From positions 1,409 to 65,408 of the forward strand of contig JAGCBO010000058.1 of the NCBI GenBank assembly GCA_017652125.1: a stretch of DNA of 64,000 nucleotides, in the 5' to 3' direction. The notes beneath the pieces are model-generated. The model saw only the letters and a list, made by a program, of their open reading frames with translations, had not been told where the DNA came from and ran no database searches. Made by a program: the position numbers and the translations under genes. How positions within the stretch are numbered: position 1 is the first letter of the stretch; each line of letters begins with the position of its first letter. This stretch comes from Clostridia bacterium. GTDB taxonomy: Bacteria > Bacillota > Clostridia > Christensenellales > Aristaeellaceae. Shown here one piece after another: positions 45,205 through 55,083 of this stretch.

Positions 45205-47751
45205 ATGAGCCGTCTGAAGACATCGTGGGTTGTCATGGCGAATGTGGCTCTGATCACTGCCTTGCTGGTTTTTGTCGCGCTTTTTTCCGGCCATGAGAGA
45301 CAGGAGAATTACAGGCACCAGGTGGAGCATTATGTCAATACGACCGTCGCCATGGAGCGGGTGACAGAGAACTACATGCTGGGAGAGCAGGAAATCTGCG
45401 ACAACTGGGCGCATTATATCAACAGCCGGGATCTGACCCTGGAGGATGCCGCGGCATACGTCCGGGTCACCCATGTGCGGGAGGCCATTTCCGCCCATCT
45501 GATCGACGCGGAAACTCTGGAAGGCTGGTCCACACGGCCGAAGCTGAACACAGAGAAGGATTATGCGGTTTCCTATGCGCGTCTGGGTCTGATCGGGGAC
45601 GGAGCCTGGATTTCGGATCCCGGTACGGCGATCAGCATTTCCCGGACCTATACGAATCCCATGAACGGCGAACAGTCTCTGGCTTTCTGCAACCGGATCA
45701 CGGTGTGGGACGCGGAAACAGCGGAGAAGAGGCCGGCGTATCTGCTGCGCATCGTGCCCACTTCCGAGCTGGTCAAGAAGTGGGTTTTCCCGCAGGAAAC
45801 CTATAAGCATGAAGAGTTTTCCATGATCGACGCGGAAGGAAACTATATTATCCGCGGCCGTTCCTTCAAGAATAACAGCTTCTTTGAGTTCTATAAATCC
45901 TATAACCAGCCGGGCGTTGAGGCGCAGCAGCAGCTGTTTGCGAAGATCCTGTCCGGAACGGATTCCTTTATCATGCTGAATTCCAGGGGGCAGGAGTGCA
46001 TCGTCGCGTATACCCCCGTTACTTCCACGAGGGGCTGGGTGCTGCTGAACTTCACGCCCGTCGCGGATCTGAACTCGGATACGGTGAACTGGCTGCTGCT
46101 GGGAGTGATGTCCGCCGGATTGCTGCTGCTCCTGGTGATGGACTTTCTGTATCTGAACTCCTTTAATAAGAAGCTTCAGGTCATGGCGAAGGAAGCGGAA
46201 TCCGCCAACCGGGCCAAAACTGATTTTCTGTCCGCCATGTCCCATGATATCCGGACCCCGATGAACGCGATCATCGGTCTGACCACGATTACCGAAAAGA
46301 ACCTGGGCGACCGGGAAGCGGTAGCGGAGAATCTGAGAAAGATCAGCCTGGCCGGCAATCATCTGCTGACGCTGGTCAATGATATCCTGGATATTTCCAA
46401 GGTGGAGAGCGGAAAGCTCAGCCTGACCCCGCTGACCTTTTCCATTGTGGAGACGGCGGATAACCTGGTGAATCTGTCTCAGCCCATGGTGAAGGAGAAA
46501 AAGATCGATTTCACCTTCCGCGTCAATCATATGATCCGGGAATACCTTTACGCGGATCAGCTGCGGCTGAATCAGATTTACATCAATATTCTTTCCAACG
46601 CGATCAAATATACGGAGCCCGGCGGCCGCGTCTCCGTGGATCTGCGGGAGGAAAGCAGTGACAGGGAAGGCTGCGTCCGGCTGATTTATATCGTTTCGGA
46701 TACCGGTATGGGCATGAGCCCTGAATTCATGAGCGAGATGTATCAGCCTTTCTCCCGGCAGACGGACAGCCGGGTCAACAGCATTCAGGGAACCGGGCTC
46801 GGGCTTGCGATTACCCGGCAGATGGTCGAGCTGATGAACGGAACCATCGACTGTCAGAGCGAAGTCGGAAAAGGGACCACATTCACCATTGCGCTGGATA
46901 TCCCTGCCGCGGAACAGCAGCCGGAGGAGATGCGGCTCGACGGTATCAGCGCCCTGATCGCGGACGACGACCCGGTTCTGCTGGATACCGCGGCGGAAGC
47001 GCTGGAATCGATGGGCGCTTGTGCGGACAGGGCGGAGAACGGGACGGAAGCCCTGGAGAAGATCCGGAGCCGGCATGCCGCGGAAAAGGATTACGACGTG
47101 ATCATTCTGGACTGGAAGATGCCTGGGATGGACGGCGTCGAGACCATCCGGCAGATCCGGACGACAGCGGAGAACCGGATTCCCATCCTGCTGACCTCCG
47201 CTTACGACTGGTCGGATATTGAGGATGAGGCGAAGAACGCGGGATCGGACGGTTTCATTGCCAAACCGCTGTTCCGCTCCAGGCTGTATGAGAAGATCAG
47301 CGGCCTGCTCCGGAATGAAGCGAAGCCTGCGGCGGAGGAGGAGAACTATTCCGACCTGGCGGGCATGCACATCCTGGTCGCCGAGGACAACGACATTAAC
47401 TGGGAGATCATTTCCGCCATGCTGGGCATGCTCGGAATCACGTCGGAACGGGCTGAGAACGGGCGAATCTGTGTCGACCGGATGGCGGAGGCCGCGGAAA
47501 ACCGCTATGATCTGATTTTCATGGATGTTCAGATGCCGGAAATGAACGGCCTGGACGCGACGCGGAATATCCGCAGCCTGGAAAACAAATGGGCCGCTTC
47601 CATTCCCATCATCGCCATGACGGCCAACGCCTTTTCCGAGGATATTGCAGAATGCAGGAAGGCCGGTATGGACGGCCATATTGCCAAACCTGTAGATCTG
47701 AAGCTTGTTGTTCATGAAATCCGCAGAATGAAGGAGGAAAGAAAGATATGA
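45205..47751 (+). CDS. Hybrid sensor histidine kinase with two receiver domains
   Basis: Two TM segments with an extracellular Cache-like region, FLSAMSHDIRTPMNAI, GTGLGL, REC motifs LDWKMP and MDVQMP. Confidence 0.93.
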   Translation: MSRLKTSWVVMANVALITALLVFVALFSGHERQENYRHQVEHYVNTTVAMERVTENYMLGEQEICDNWAHYINSRDLTLEDAAAYVRVTHVREAISAHLIDAETLEGWSTRPKLNTEKDYAVSYARLGLIGDGAWISDPGTAISISRTYTNPMNGEQSLAFCNRITVWDAETAEKRPAYLLRIVPTSELVKKWVFPQETYKHEEFSMIDAEGNYIIRGRSFKNNSFFEFYKSYNQPGVEAQQQLFAKILSGTDSFIMLNSRGQECIVAYTPVTSTRGWVLLNFTPVADLNSDTVNWLLLGVMSAGLLLLLVMDFLYLNSFNKKLQVMAKEAESANRAKTDFLSAMSHDIRTPMNAIIGLTTITEKNLGDREAVAENLRKISLAGNHLLTLVNDILDISKVESGKLSLTPLTFSIVETADNLVNLSQPMVKEKKIDFTFRVNHMIREYLYADQLRLNQIYINILSNAIKYTEPGGRVSVDLREESSDREGCVRLIYIVSDTGMGMSPEFMSEMYQPFSRQTDSRVNSIQGTGLGLAITRQMVELMNGTIDCQSEVGKGTTFTIALDIPAAEQQPEEMRLDGISALIADDDPVLLDTAAEALESMGACADRAENGTEALEKIRSRHAAEKDYDVIILDWKMPGMDGVETIRQIRTTAENRIPILLTSAYDWSDIEDEAKNAGSDGFIAKPLFRSRLYEKISGLLRNEAKPAAEEENYSDLAGMHILVAEDNDINWEIISAMLGMLGITSERAENGRICVDRMAEAAENRYDLIFMDVQMPEMNGLDATRNIRSLENKWAASIPIIAMTANAFSEDIAECRKAGMDGHIAKPVDLKLVVHEIRRMKEERKI

Positions 47752-49040
47752 AAAGAATGCTCCGCGTTGTTCTGGCCGCCCTGCTGATCATCGGATGGAC
47801 AGCCGGCCTTTTCTGCGCACAGGCGGAATCCTCCGGCGCGTTTCAGCCGAGACTGGATCCGGATACCGCCTGCGGGATCACGGTGATCGGAAACTATTCC
47901 AATTTTGAGGCGCTGGAAGCCGAATTCGACCGATTCAACGAGTTTTACCCTGAAGTGGAACTGAGCTATGTGAAACCGGACGATTACAACAATCTGCTCG
48001 GAACGGTGCTGGAAAGCAACAATGCCCCGAACATTTTCTTCTCCTTTCAGTGGATGTACGGGAACGGGAAGTATCAGCAGGTGTGTGATCATATGGAGGA
48101 TCTTTCGGATCCTCAGCTGGGGCTGGATCTGGACTGCCTGCGTCCCGGCCTGATGAGCTATGACGCGGACGGGCGTCTGATGATGGTGCCTGTTTTTGCC
48201 AGAAACTACGGCATGCTGGTGAACAACGATCTGTTTGAGAAGGAAGGTCTGCAGGTTCCCGCAACCTGGGAAGAGCTGCTGGCCGTGTGCGACGCCTTCC
48301 TCAGCAAAGGGTATGCCAGCCCGATGATGGGCTACAGCGCGTCTTCTTCCGGCTGCCTGATGAATACCCTGGTGTATCCGGAGGTCGTGGCGGCTCTCGC
48401 CGGCGATCCCGAGGGGCTCCGGGCCGCGAACGCGGGGGAAGCCTCCGCGGGCGAATGCATGCGCCGGGGGCTGGAGCAGATGATGCAGCTGATCGGGAAA
48501 GGCTATATCAATCTGGAAAAATGCAATGAAATCAGCGACAACTATACGCAGGTCATTCTCCGCTTCTTCGAGGGCGATGTGCCCATGATGATCTGCACGG
48601 GCGATACCGTGTCCGGGACCGGGAAACGGGAAAGCCAGTCCGCGGCGTTTTCCAAAGCGCCTTTCAGGTATTCCTTCGCGCCCGTTCCCCTGTCGGAAGC
48701 CGGAGGCTATTTCATTGACAGCCCCTCCATCCAGTTCTCTGTCAATAAAACCTGCGCGAATCTGGATATGACCAACGAGTTTATGCGCTTCCTGATCACG
48801 CCCCGGGAACTGAATGAGATGGCATCCGTGAAACGGCTGGTGACCCCGACAAAGGACCTGTCCTTCGACGCGGTGTACGCGCCGTTCGACCGGGTGCCCG
48901 CGGAGCGGATTCTGTGCCCGGAAATGATCGGCATTACGGATCCTCTGGCCGTGCAGGTCCGGAACGCGTCCTATCTGGCCGGAACCGGGGAGATCACCGT
49001 GGATGAGGCAGTCAGCAAATACGGTACCTTCCGGGACTGA
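47748..49040 (+). CDS. Carbohydrate-type ABC substrate-binding protein (orphan, coupled to the hybrid kinase)
   Basis: Signal peptide, F..YPEV, VNNDLFEKEGL.VP.TWEELL; ATGA overlap with the kinase stop. Confidence 0.88.
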   Translation: MKRMLRVVLAALLIIGWTAGLFCAQAESSGAFQPRLDPDTACGITVIGNYSNFEALEAEFDRFNEFYPEVELSYVKPDDYNNLLGTVLESNNAPNIFFSFQWMYGNGKYQQVCDHMEDLSDPQLGLDLDCLRPGLMSYDADGRLMMVPVFARNYGMLVNNDLFEKEGLQVPATWEELLAVCDAFLSKGYASPMMGYSASSSGCLMNTLVYPEVVAALAGDPEGLRAANAGEASAGECMRRGLEQMMQLIGKGYINLEKCNEISDNYTQVILRFFEGDVPMMICTGDTVSGTGKRESQSAAFSKAPFRYSFAPVPLSEAGGYFIDSPSIQFSVNKTCANLDMTNEFMRFLITPRELNEMASVKRLVTPTKDLSFDAVYAPFDRVPAERILCPEMIGITDPLAVQVRNASYLAGTGEITVDEAVSKYGTFRD

Positions 49041-49109
49041 TTTTCCCGGGCCGGAAAGGCGGCCGGGATTCAGACTCAGGAGAAACCGATGTGTACAGGG
49101 AGTACCGGA

Positions 49110-51308
49110 ATGAGAAAGGAAAGAAACGAGCACACCGCCGACCGTCTGTTCCGAAGCCGTCTGTTCAGACGTCTCTTTGCTTCCTATGTGATTCTGATTC
49201 TGGTCTTCCTGATCGGAGCCAGCGGCTGGTATCTGGTCAGCTATTCCCGGAACGAACGGGAGAGCCGGCTGGCTGGCGCGCGGCAGAGCGGCCATACCCT
49301 GGCGACGGAAGCCGACCGGACGATGCTGACGGCGAAAGCCCTCTGCAGCGCGGTGGACACCTCCGAAAGCTTCCGGAATCTGTATCAGACGATCATGATT
49401 GAGAAGACGGCGCCGGATTCCATGCAGCTTTACAGGACGCTGGGGGAACTGACCCGGATCAAGGCTTCGGCCGGGAACCTGGATGTCTATTCCGTTCTGC
49501 TCGGCTTTACGGGGGACCGGCGCCTCTACGCACCGGGAACGGTGATTCCGCTGAACCAGGAGCTGACGATGACGGCGCAGGGGACGCTGATCTCGGCGAC
49601 GAGCGCGGCGGAGCTTCTGAATCAGAGCATCTCCGCCAATATCATGATCAACAAACGCTTTCTGATCTACGCAGAACCGTATATGGATGTTTCCAATGGC
49701 TCCGCCAAGGGGGTCGTCCTGGTTCTGCTGGATCCGGACCGGCTCCGGGCGATGGCGGACGGCCTGATGGCTGCCATGAGCTTTCTGGAGGTCCGGAACG
49801 GTGCGATGACGGTTTATCAGAGCGGAGCCCCGGAGGAACAGGGGGAAATCCTCGAGATCGGCAGTCTGGTCAATCCCCGGGTGGTTTACCGGATGCAGAT
49901 CCGCGAGGCCGCGCTGCGGGCGCCGTTTCCGGTCAGCGTTTTTCTTCCGCTGCTTCTGCTGGCCGGCGTAGGCTGCGCGGGCATCCTGCTGATGTATCAG
50001 TTCCTGCGGATCCGTTATACGCCGATCGGCCGGATTACCCGGATGGTGAAGGAAGAGGAGCATACGGAAACGGATGACCTGGAGGATGTGATTCAGGGGA
50101 TCACGACCCTGATCAGTGAGAGAAACGGATACCGGGAGAAAATGATCACCATTTCTCCCTATGCCAGCCACGGCGCGCTGCATCAGCTGCTGAGCGGAAA
50201 TCTGGAGGGAAACGAAATCCAGGTGCTGCGTCAGGAGCAGTTCCTGGGCCTGCGGAACGGGTATTATATGGTCGGGCTGGTGAACCTTCACGGCGCCGGG
50301 GGCTCGGGGGAGCAGCGGTATCTGGATGCCAGAACCCTGACGGCCCGGGCGCTGGAAGAGCTGAACACCGAGGAAATGCCGATCGCCGTCTGTCCGAGGG
50401 ATCTGCAGAATCTTTATGTGGTGGTAAACGGAGACGATCCCGAGCGGATGACCGCGCTGTTTTACCGGATGCTGCCCGCGGCGGAGGAGGCGCTGGATGA
50501 CGGGGCGATGGCCGTGACCCTGGGAGTCAGCCGGCCCGGCACAGAGCTGGAGCTTTTGCGGAAAGCCTGCCTGGAAGCATCCGCCGCGCTGGAGAATATG
50601 ATCCTGGGCGGCCGGAAGAGCGTGTATTTCTACGAGGCGGGAATGACAGGGGAGAGCCGGGAATATGTGTTCCCGGGCGATCTGCGCCAGCGGATGGTAA
50701 AGGCCCTCCGGGAGGGCCAGGAGCAGGAGCTTTCCTCCCTGATGGACGGGCTGTGGGAGAAAAATTTCCGAAAGAAGAGCCTGAGCCCGGAAGCGGTGAG
50801 GCAGCTGGTGGATGATCTGCACGCGTGTGTGAACGGCGCGCTGGGAGAGATCAGCGAGCAGAGCACGACACACATCCGGGCGGAGAGAATCCGGGAGCCC
50901 GCAACGATCGAGGAGATTTTTGCCTACTACCGGTCGACGCTGACGGAAGCGCTGAAAGCCCGGCGGGAGATTGAAACCGGCAATCTGGCAGGGGAAGAGC
51001 TGGAGGCGGCCATCTGCGATTATGTCGTGTCCAACGCCCTGGATCCCGCGCTTTCCCTTTCCGCGGTGGCGGATCACTTCGGGGTTTCCGGAAAGATGGT
51101 CGGCAGCGTATGCAAAAACCGGACCGGGAAAACCTATCTTCAGATTGTTCATGACTGCAGGATTCAGGAATCGGTCCGCCTGCTGGAGGAGACGGATCTG
51201 AGCCTGGAGGAAATCTCGGAAAGATGCGGTTTCGGCAACGTGCTGACCTTCAGAAGGAATTTCAAGGCGGCCATGAACAGGAATCCCAGCGATTTTCGCA
51301 GGGAATAA
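49110..51308 (+). CDS. Membrane-spanning AraC-family regulator (YesS/YtdP-like)
   Basis: Two TM segments, C-terminal double HTH LSLSAVADHF...CGFGNVLTFRRNFK; alternative start at 49089. Confidence 0.88.
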   Translation: MRKERNEHTADRLFRSRLFRRLFASYVILILVFLIGASGWYLVSYSRNERESRLAGARQSGHTLATEADRTMLTAKALCSAVDTSESFRNLYQTIMIEKTAPDSMQLYRTLGELTRIKASAGNLDVYSVLLGFTGDRRLYAPGTVIPLNQELTMTAQGTLISATSAAELLNQSISANIMINKRFLIYAEPYMDVSNGSAKGVVLVLLDPDRLRAMADGLMAAMSFLEVRNGAMTVYQSGAPEEQGEILEIGSLVNPRVVYRMQIREAALRAPFPVSVFLPLLLLAGVGCAGILLMYQFLRIRYTPIGRITRMVKEEEHTETDDLEDVIQGITTLISERNGYREKMITISPYASHGALHQLLSGNLEGNEIQVLRQEQFLGLRNGYYMVGLVNLHGAGGSGEQRYLDARTLTARALEELNTEEMPIAVCPRDLQNLYVVVNGDDPERMTALFYRMLPAAEEALDDGAMAVTLGVSRPGTELELLRKACLEASAALENMILGGRKSVYFYEAGMTGESREYVFPGDLRQRMVKALREGQEQELSSLMDGLWEKNFRKKSLSPEAVRQLVDDLHACVNGALGEISEQSTTHIRAERIREPATIEEIFAYYRSTLTEALKARREIETGNLAGEELEAAICDYVVSNALDPALSLSAVADHFGVSGKMVGSVCKNRTGKTYLQIVHDCRIQESVRLLEETDLSLEEISERCGFGNVLTFRRNFKAAMNRNPSDFRRE

Positions 51309-51516
51309 ATGATGCATCAAATCCGGGAGCCTTTGAAACAGAAGGATTCCGGCGGTTCATACTTCAAAAAGTGCCCGGGAGGAAAATGATGCTTGCCCGG
51401 GCGCTTTCTTTTTTGTACCATTAACCCGAAAGATGTCGAATATGGTTCCGGTTCGGCCGGATAAGATAAAAGAAGCCGGGAAAAGCCGCCGGCGGATCGG
51501 GAGAGGGGGAAAAAGG

Positions 51517-52434
51517 ATGAAACGCTCCCTGGGGGAGAGGCTGAAGCGGGACAGGTACCTTCTGCTGATGTTCCTGCCGGTGCTGATCTACTATCTGGTC
51601 TTCTGCTATCTGCCGATGGTCGGAATCGTGATGGGCTTTGAGGATTACCGCATGGGCAGCGGCTTCGAGGGCCTGTTTACGAGCAAGTGGGTCGGACTGA
51701 AATGGTTCAATCAGTTTTTCTCCTCCGTTTTTGCCTGGCGGCTGATTCGCAATACCTTCCTTCTTTCCTTCTTTTCCCTGATCTTCGGTTTTCCGATTCC
51801 GATCATTTTCGCGGTCGCGATTACCCAGCTCCGGGCGAAGCGGTTTGCCAAGGCGGCGCAGGTGGTCACCTATCTGCCCTACTTTATCTCCACGGTCGTC
51901 GTGGTCGGTATGATGACCAATTTCCTTTCCCCGTCGAACGGGGTGATCAACCTGCTGATTCAGAAAATGGGCGGGAAGGCGATCAACTTCATGTCGGATC
52001 CGGCCTGGTTCCGTCCGCTGTATGTGATTTCCGGTTCCTGGCAGAGCTTCGGCTTCAACAGCATCATCTTTGTGGCGGCGATCATGGGGATCGATCCGGC
52101 GCTGTATGAGGCGATGGAGGTGGACGGAGCCAGCCGCTGGCAGCGGATCGTGCATCTGATCCTGCCCGGTATTTCGGAGACTGTCATCCTGCTGCTGATT
52201 ATGACCCTGGGCAATCTGCTGAACGTCGGCTTTGAGAAGGTGTATCTGATGTATTCTCCGGCCGTGTACGAAACGGGCGACGTGATTTCCACGTATGTGT
52301 ACCGGCAGGGCATTGAAAGCCATAAGTATGGCTATGCTTCAGCCGTCGGCCTGTTTTACTCGGCGGTCGGCTTCATCTTCGTCGTCACGTCCAACCATCT
52401 GTCCCGGAAGGTAACCGGATCTTCATTGTGGTAA
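51517..52434 (+). CDS. Oligosaccharide ABC permease (LplB-like)
   Basis: YLPMVGI, LPYFIS, LYEAMEVDGA, GFEKVYL. Confidence 0.93.
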   Translation: MKRSLGERLKRDRYLLLMFLPVLIYYLVFCYLPMVGIVMGFEDYRMGSGFEGLFTSKWVGLKWFNQFFSSVFAWRLIRNTFLLSFFSLIFGFPIPIIFAVAITQLRAKRFAKAAQVVTYLPYFISTVVVVGMMTNFLSPSNGVINLLIQKMGGKAINFMSDPAWFRPLYVISGSWQSFGFNSIIFVAAIMGIDPALYEAMEVDGASRWQRIVHLILPGISETVILLLIMTLGNLLNVGFEKVYLMYSPAVYETGDVISTYVYRQGIESHKYGYASAVGLFYSAVGFIFVVTSNHLSRKVTGSSLW

Positions 52435-52448
52435 GGGAGGAGCAGAGC

Positions 52449-53369
52449 ATGACAGCCAGGTCAAAGCGCGTATCGAATCCACATGCCTTCCGGACCGAAG
52501 GGGCCGGCGATAAGGCGCTGGATATCGTGATCTGGATTCTGGTGATTCTTGCGGTGCTGGTAACCGCGTATCCCTTCCTGTATGTGCTGTCCGTATCCAT
52601 CTCGGATGGAGCCGCGGTCGCGCGGGGGGATGTCCTGCTGCTTCCCAAAGGGTTTTCCCTGGACGCGTTCGGCATGGTGACTAAGTACGATCAGCTGTGG
52701 ATCAGCTACCGGAACACCTTTTTCTACACGGTGGCCGGAACCCTGATGAACATGGTGTTTACCTGCCTGGGCGCCTATCCGCTGTCGAAGAAGGATTTTT
52801 CCCTGCGCCGGCCGCTGAACTTTTTCGTGGTGTTCACCATGTACTTCAGCGGCGGACTGATTCCGACCTATATCGTGGTCACGGGGATCGGCCTGTACAA
52901 TACGCCGCTGGCGGTGATTCTGCCGGTCCTGGTCAGCACCTACAATATGATGATCTGCAGGAGCGCAATGTCCAGTGTTCCGCAGGATCTGTTCGAGAAC
53001 GCTTCCCTGGAAGGCGCCTCCGACTTTTATCAGCTGATCCATATCGCCATTCCGCTGATCAAGCCGACCCTGGCGGTGCTGACCCTCTACTACGCGGTGG
53101 CCCGATACAACGATTTCTTCAACGCCATGCTGTATCTGGGAGACAGCAATCTGCAGCCCCTGCAGATGTTCCTCAGACGGGTGCTGATCCTGTCTTCCAG
53201 CGAAGTGCTTCAGCAGGCGGGAACGGATGCCGCGGCCGCGGCCGCGCAGAACACCCTGAAGATCCGCTACGTCTGCATCGTGCTGGCGGCGGTGCCGATC
53301 TTCGCCATCACGCCCTTTGTCCAGAAGTATCTGGTGGCCGGCACCATGCTGGGCGCGGTGAAGGGATAA
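52449..53369 (+). CDS. Oligosaccharide ABC permease (LplC/YtcP-like)
   Basis: MYFSGGLIPTY, ENASLEGA, PFVQKY..G.VKG. Confidence 0.93.
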   Translation: MTARSKRVSNPHAFRTEGAGDKALDIVIWILVILAVLVTAYPFLYVLSVSISDGAAVARGDVLLLPKGFSLDAFGMVTKYDQLWISYRNTFFYTVAGTLMNMVFTCLGAYPLSKKDFSLRRPLNFFVVFTMYFSGGLIPTYIVVTGIGLYNTPLAVILPVLVSTYNMMICRSAMSSVPQDLFENASLEGASDFYQLIHIAIPLIKPTLAVLTLYYAVARYNDFFNAMLYLGDSNLQPLQMFLRRVLILSSSEVLQQAGTDAAAAAAQNTLKIRYVCIVLAAVPIFAITPFVQKYLVAGTMLGAVKG

Positions 53370-53427
53370 TCAAGGCTCTATGCGCCGATGAAGGCGCTTA
53401 AGCAAAAAGAGAAAGGAGAATACCCCT

Positions 53428-54978
53428 ATGAAGAAGACCCGTATCCTGTCCCTGGTTCTGGCGCTGATGATGCTGCTGGGCATCGCTTCCGCCGGATCCG
53501 CCGAGAGCCTGAACCTGGCGCAGCTGCCCCTGACCGATCAGGCGGGCGCGACCGTCAGCATTCTCGGCATGAACTCCTGGTACTCCACTGTTGACCTGAA
53601 GGACGCGCTCCTGCTGAAGGAAATCGCGGACCGGGCCGGAGTCACCATCGACTGGACCCTGATCGATCCCACCACCTATTCCGACACCGTGAGCCCCATG
53701 CTGGCCGCCGGTAAGGATCTGCCGGACATCCTGGAGATGCCCGACCTGGATCTGAACATGGATTATCTGAGCTCCGGGATGCTGGAGCCCCTGGACGAGC
53801 ATTTTGATCTGATGCCCAACTACGTGGCCTTCCTGGAGAAGAACCCCGACATCAAGGCCAGCCTGACGGCTGTGGACGGCCATATCTACTATGTGCCCCA
53901 GACCGTGGTAACCAACAACTATCAGCCCGTGCTGATGTACAACATGCCCTGGCTGGAGAAGCTGGGCCTGGAAGCCCCCAAGACGCTGGACGAGTTCGTG
54001 GCCTATCTGCGCAAGATCAAGGAAACGGATCTGAACGGCAACGGCGAGAACGATGAGATCCCCATGTCCATCCAGAACGCGTTCCTGCCCTATATGTTCG
54101 CTCCGGCCTTCGGCCTGGATCTGGTTTCCGGCTACTATGCGGACGATAACGGCGTCGTGCATTTCGCGGCTTACGAGAAGGACGCCTACAAAGCCTATCT
54201 GAGCTTCCTCCACGGCCTGTACGAGGAAGGCCTGCTGGAGCAGGAATTCACCTCCCTGAACCGCGACCAGATCACCGCCCGCTGCGCCAATGATCAGACC
54301 GGCGCCACCTTCGATTACAGCTGGCAGATGAGCAACCTGTACAGCGCGCAGTATCCGAACTATGACAAGACGGTCGGCATCATCGCCGGCGCGGCTCCCC
54401 TGAGCGGAGAACACGCGGGCTTCTATGTCGGCCGGAACCCCGTCAGCGGCATCTTCGGTATCAACGCGAAGAGCAATAACAAGGAGCTGGCCATCAAGTT
54501 CCTGGACTATGCCATGAGCGAAGAAGCGCAGGATCTGTATGTCTGGGGTATGGAAGGCCTGACCTATGAAATCGTGGACGGCGCCCGTCAGTATCTGCCC
54601 CGCTGCACCGAAGATACCATCTGGTATCAGGGCCTGGGCATCAACGCGCCGAACATGCCCTCCCAGCAGTCCACGCCCGCGACGGATGTGCTGCTGCCCA
54701 AGTGGCACGTAGAGAACGACCGGACCTTCGAAGAGCCCTTCATCCGCGCTCCGTATCCGACCGTTTACGCCACCGAAGAGGAAGCTTCCACTTCCAGCAT
54801 GTATCAGGTGGATATCGATACCTATGTCAACGAGTCCGCTGTGGCGTTCATCACCGGAACCAAGAACCTGGAAGCCGATTTCGACAATTACATCGCGACG
54901 CTGGAAAGCATGCAGATTGCCGAGATGCTGAAGGTTCGTCAGGCGCAGTATGACCGTTTCGCGGCCGCGCAGAAGTAA
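53428..54978 (+). CDS. Oligosaccharide ABC substrate-binding protein
   Basis: Signal peptide, DGHIYYVP, WLEKLGLEAPKTLDE, DLNGNGENDEIP. Confidence 0.93.
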   Translation: MKKTRILSLVLALMMLLGIASAGSAESLNLAQLPLTDQAGATVSILGMNSWYSTVDLKDALLLKEIADRAGVTIDWTLIDPTTYSDTVSPMLAAGKDLPDILEMPDLDLNMDYLSSGMLEPLDEHFDLMPNYVAFLEKNPDIKASLTAVDGHIYYVPQTVVTNNYQPVLMYNMPWLEKLGLEAPKTLDEFVAYLRKIKETDLNGNGENDEIPMSIQNAFLPYMFAPAFGLDLVSGYYADDNGVVHFAAYEKDAYKAYLSFLHGLYEEGLLEQEFTSLNRDQITARCANDQTGATFDYSWQMSNLYSAQYPNYDKTVGIIAGAAPLSGEHAGFYVGRNPVSGIFGINAKSNNKELAIKFLDYAMSEEAQDLYVWGMEGLTYEIVDGARQYLPRCTEDTIWYQGLGINAPNMPSQQSTPATDVLLPKWHVENDRTFEEPFIRAPYPTVYATEEEASTSSMYQVDIDTYVNESAVAFITGTKNLEADFDNYIATLESMQIAEMLKVRQAQYDRFAAAQK

Positions 54979-54988
54979 TCCCATGCAG

Positions 54989-55023
54989 AAAGGCCGCCGC
55001 ATCCATCATGCGGCGGCCTTTTT
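54989..55023 (+). terminator. Rho-independent terminator
   Basis: aaaggccgccgcat-ccatc-atgcggcggccttttt. Confidence 0.8.
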
Positions 55024-55083
55024 GCCTGACCGCGGGGAAAAGACCGGCAGGGATCCGGAAAAGAAGAGGATGGGGAGAGACAG

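Noticed and set aside
45151-51320. 854-aa and 1202-aa minus-strand ORFs
   Set aside because: Shadows of the hybrid kinase, SBP and AraC genes.
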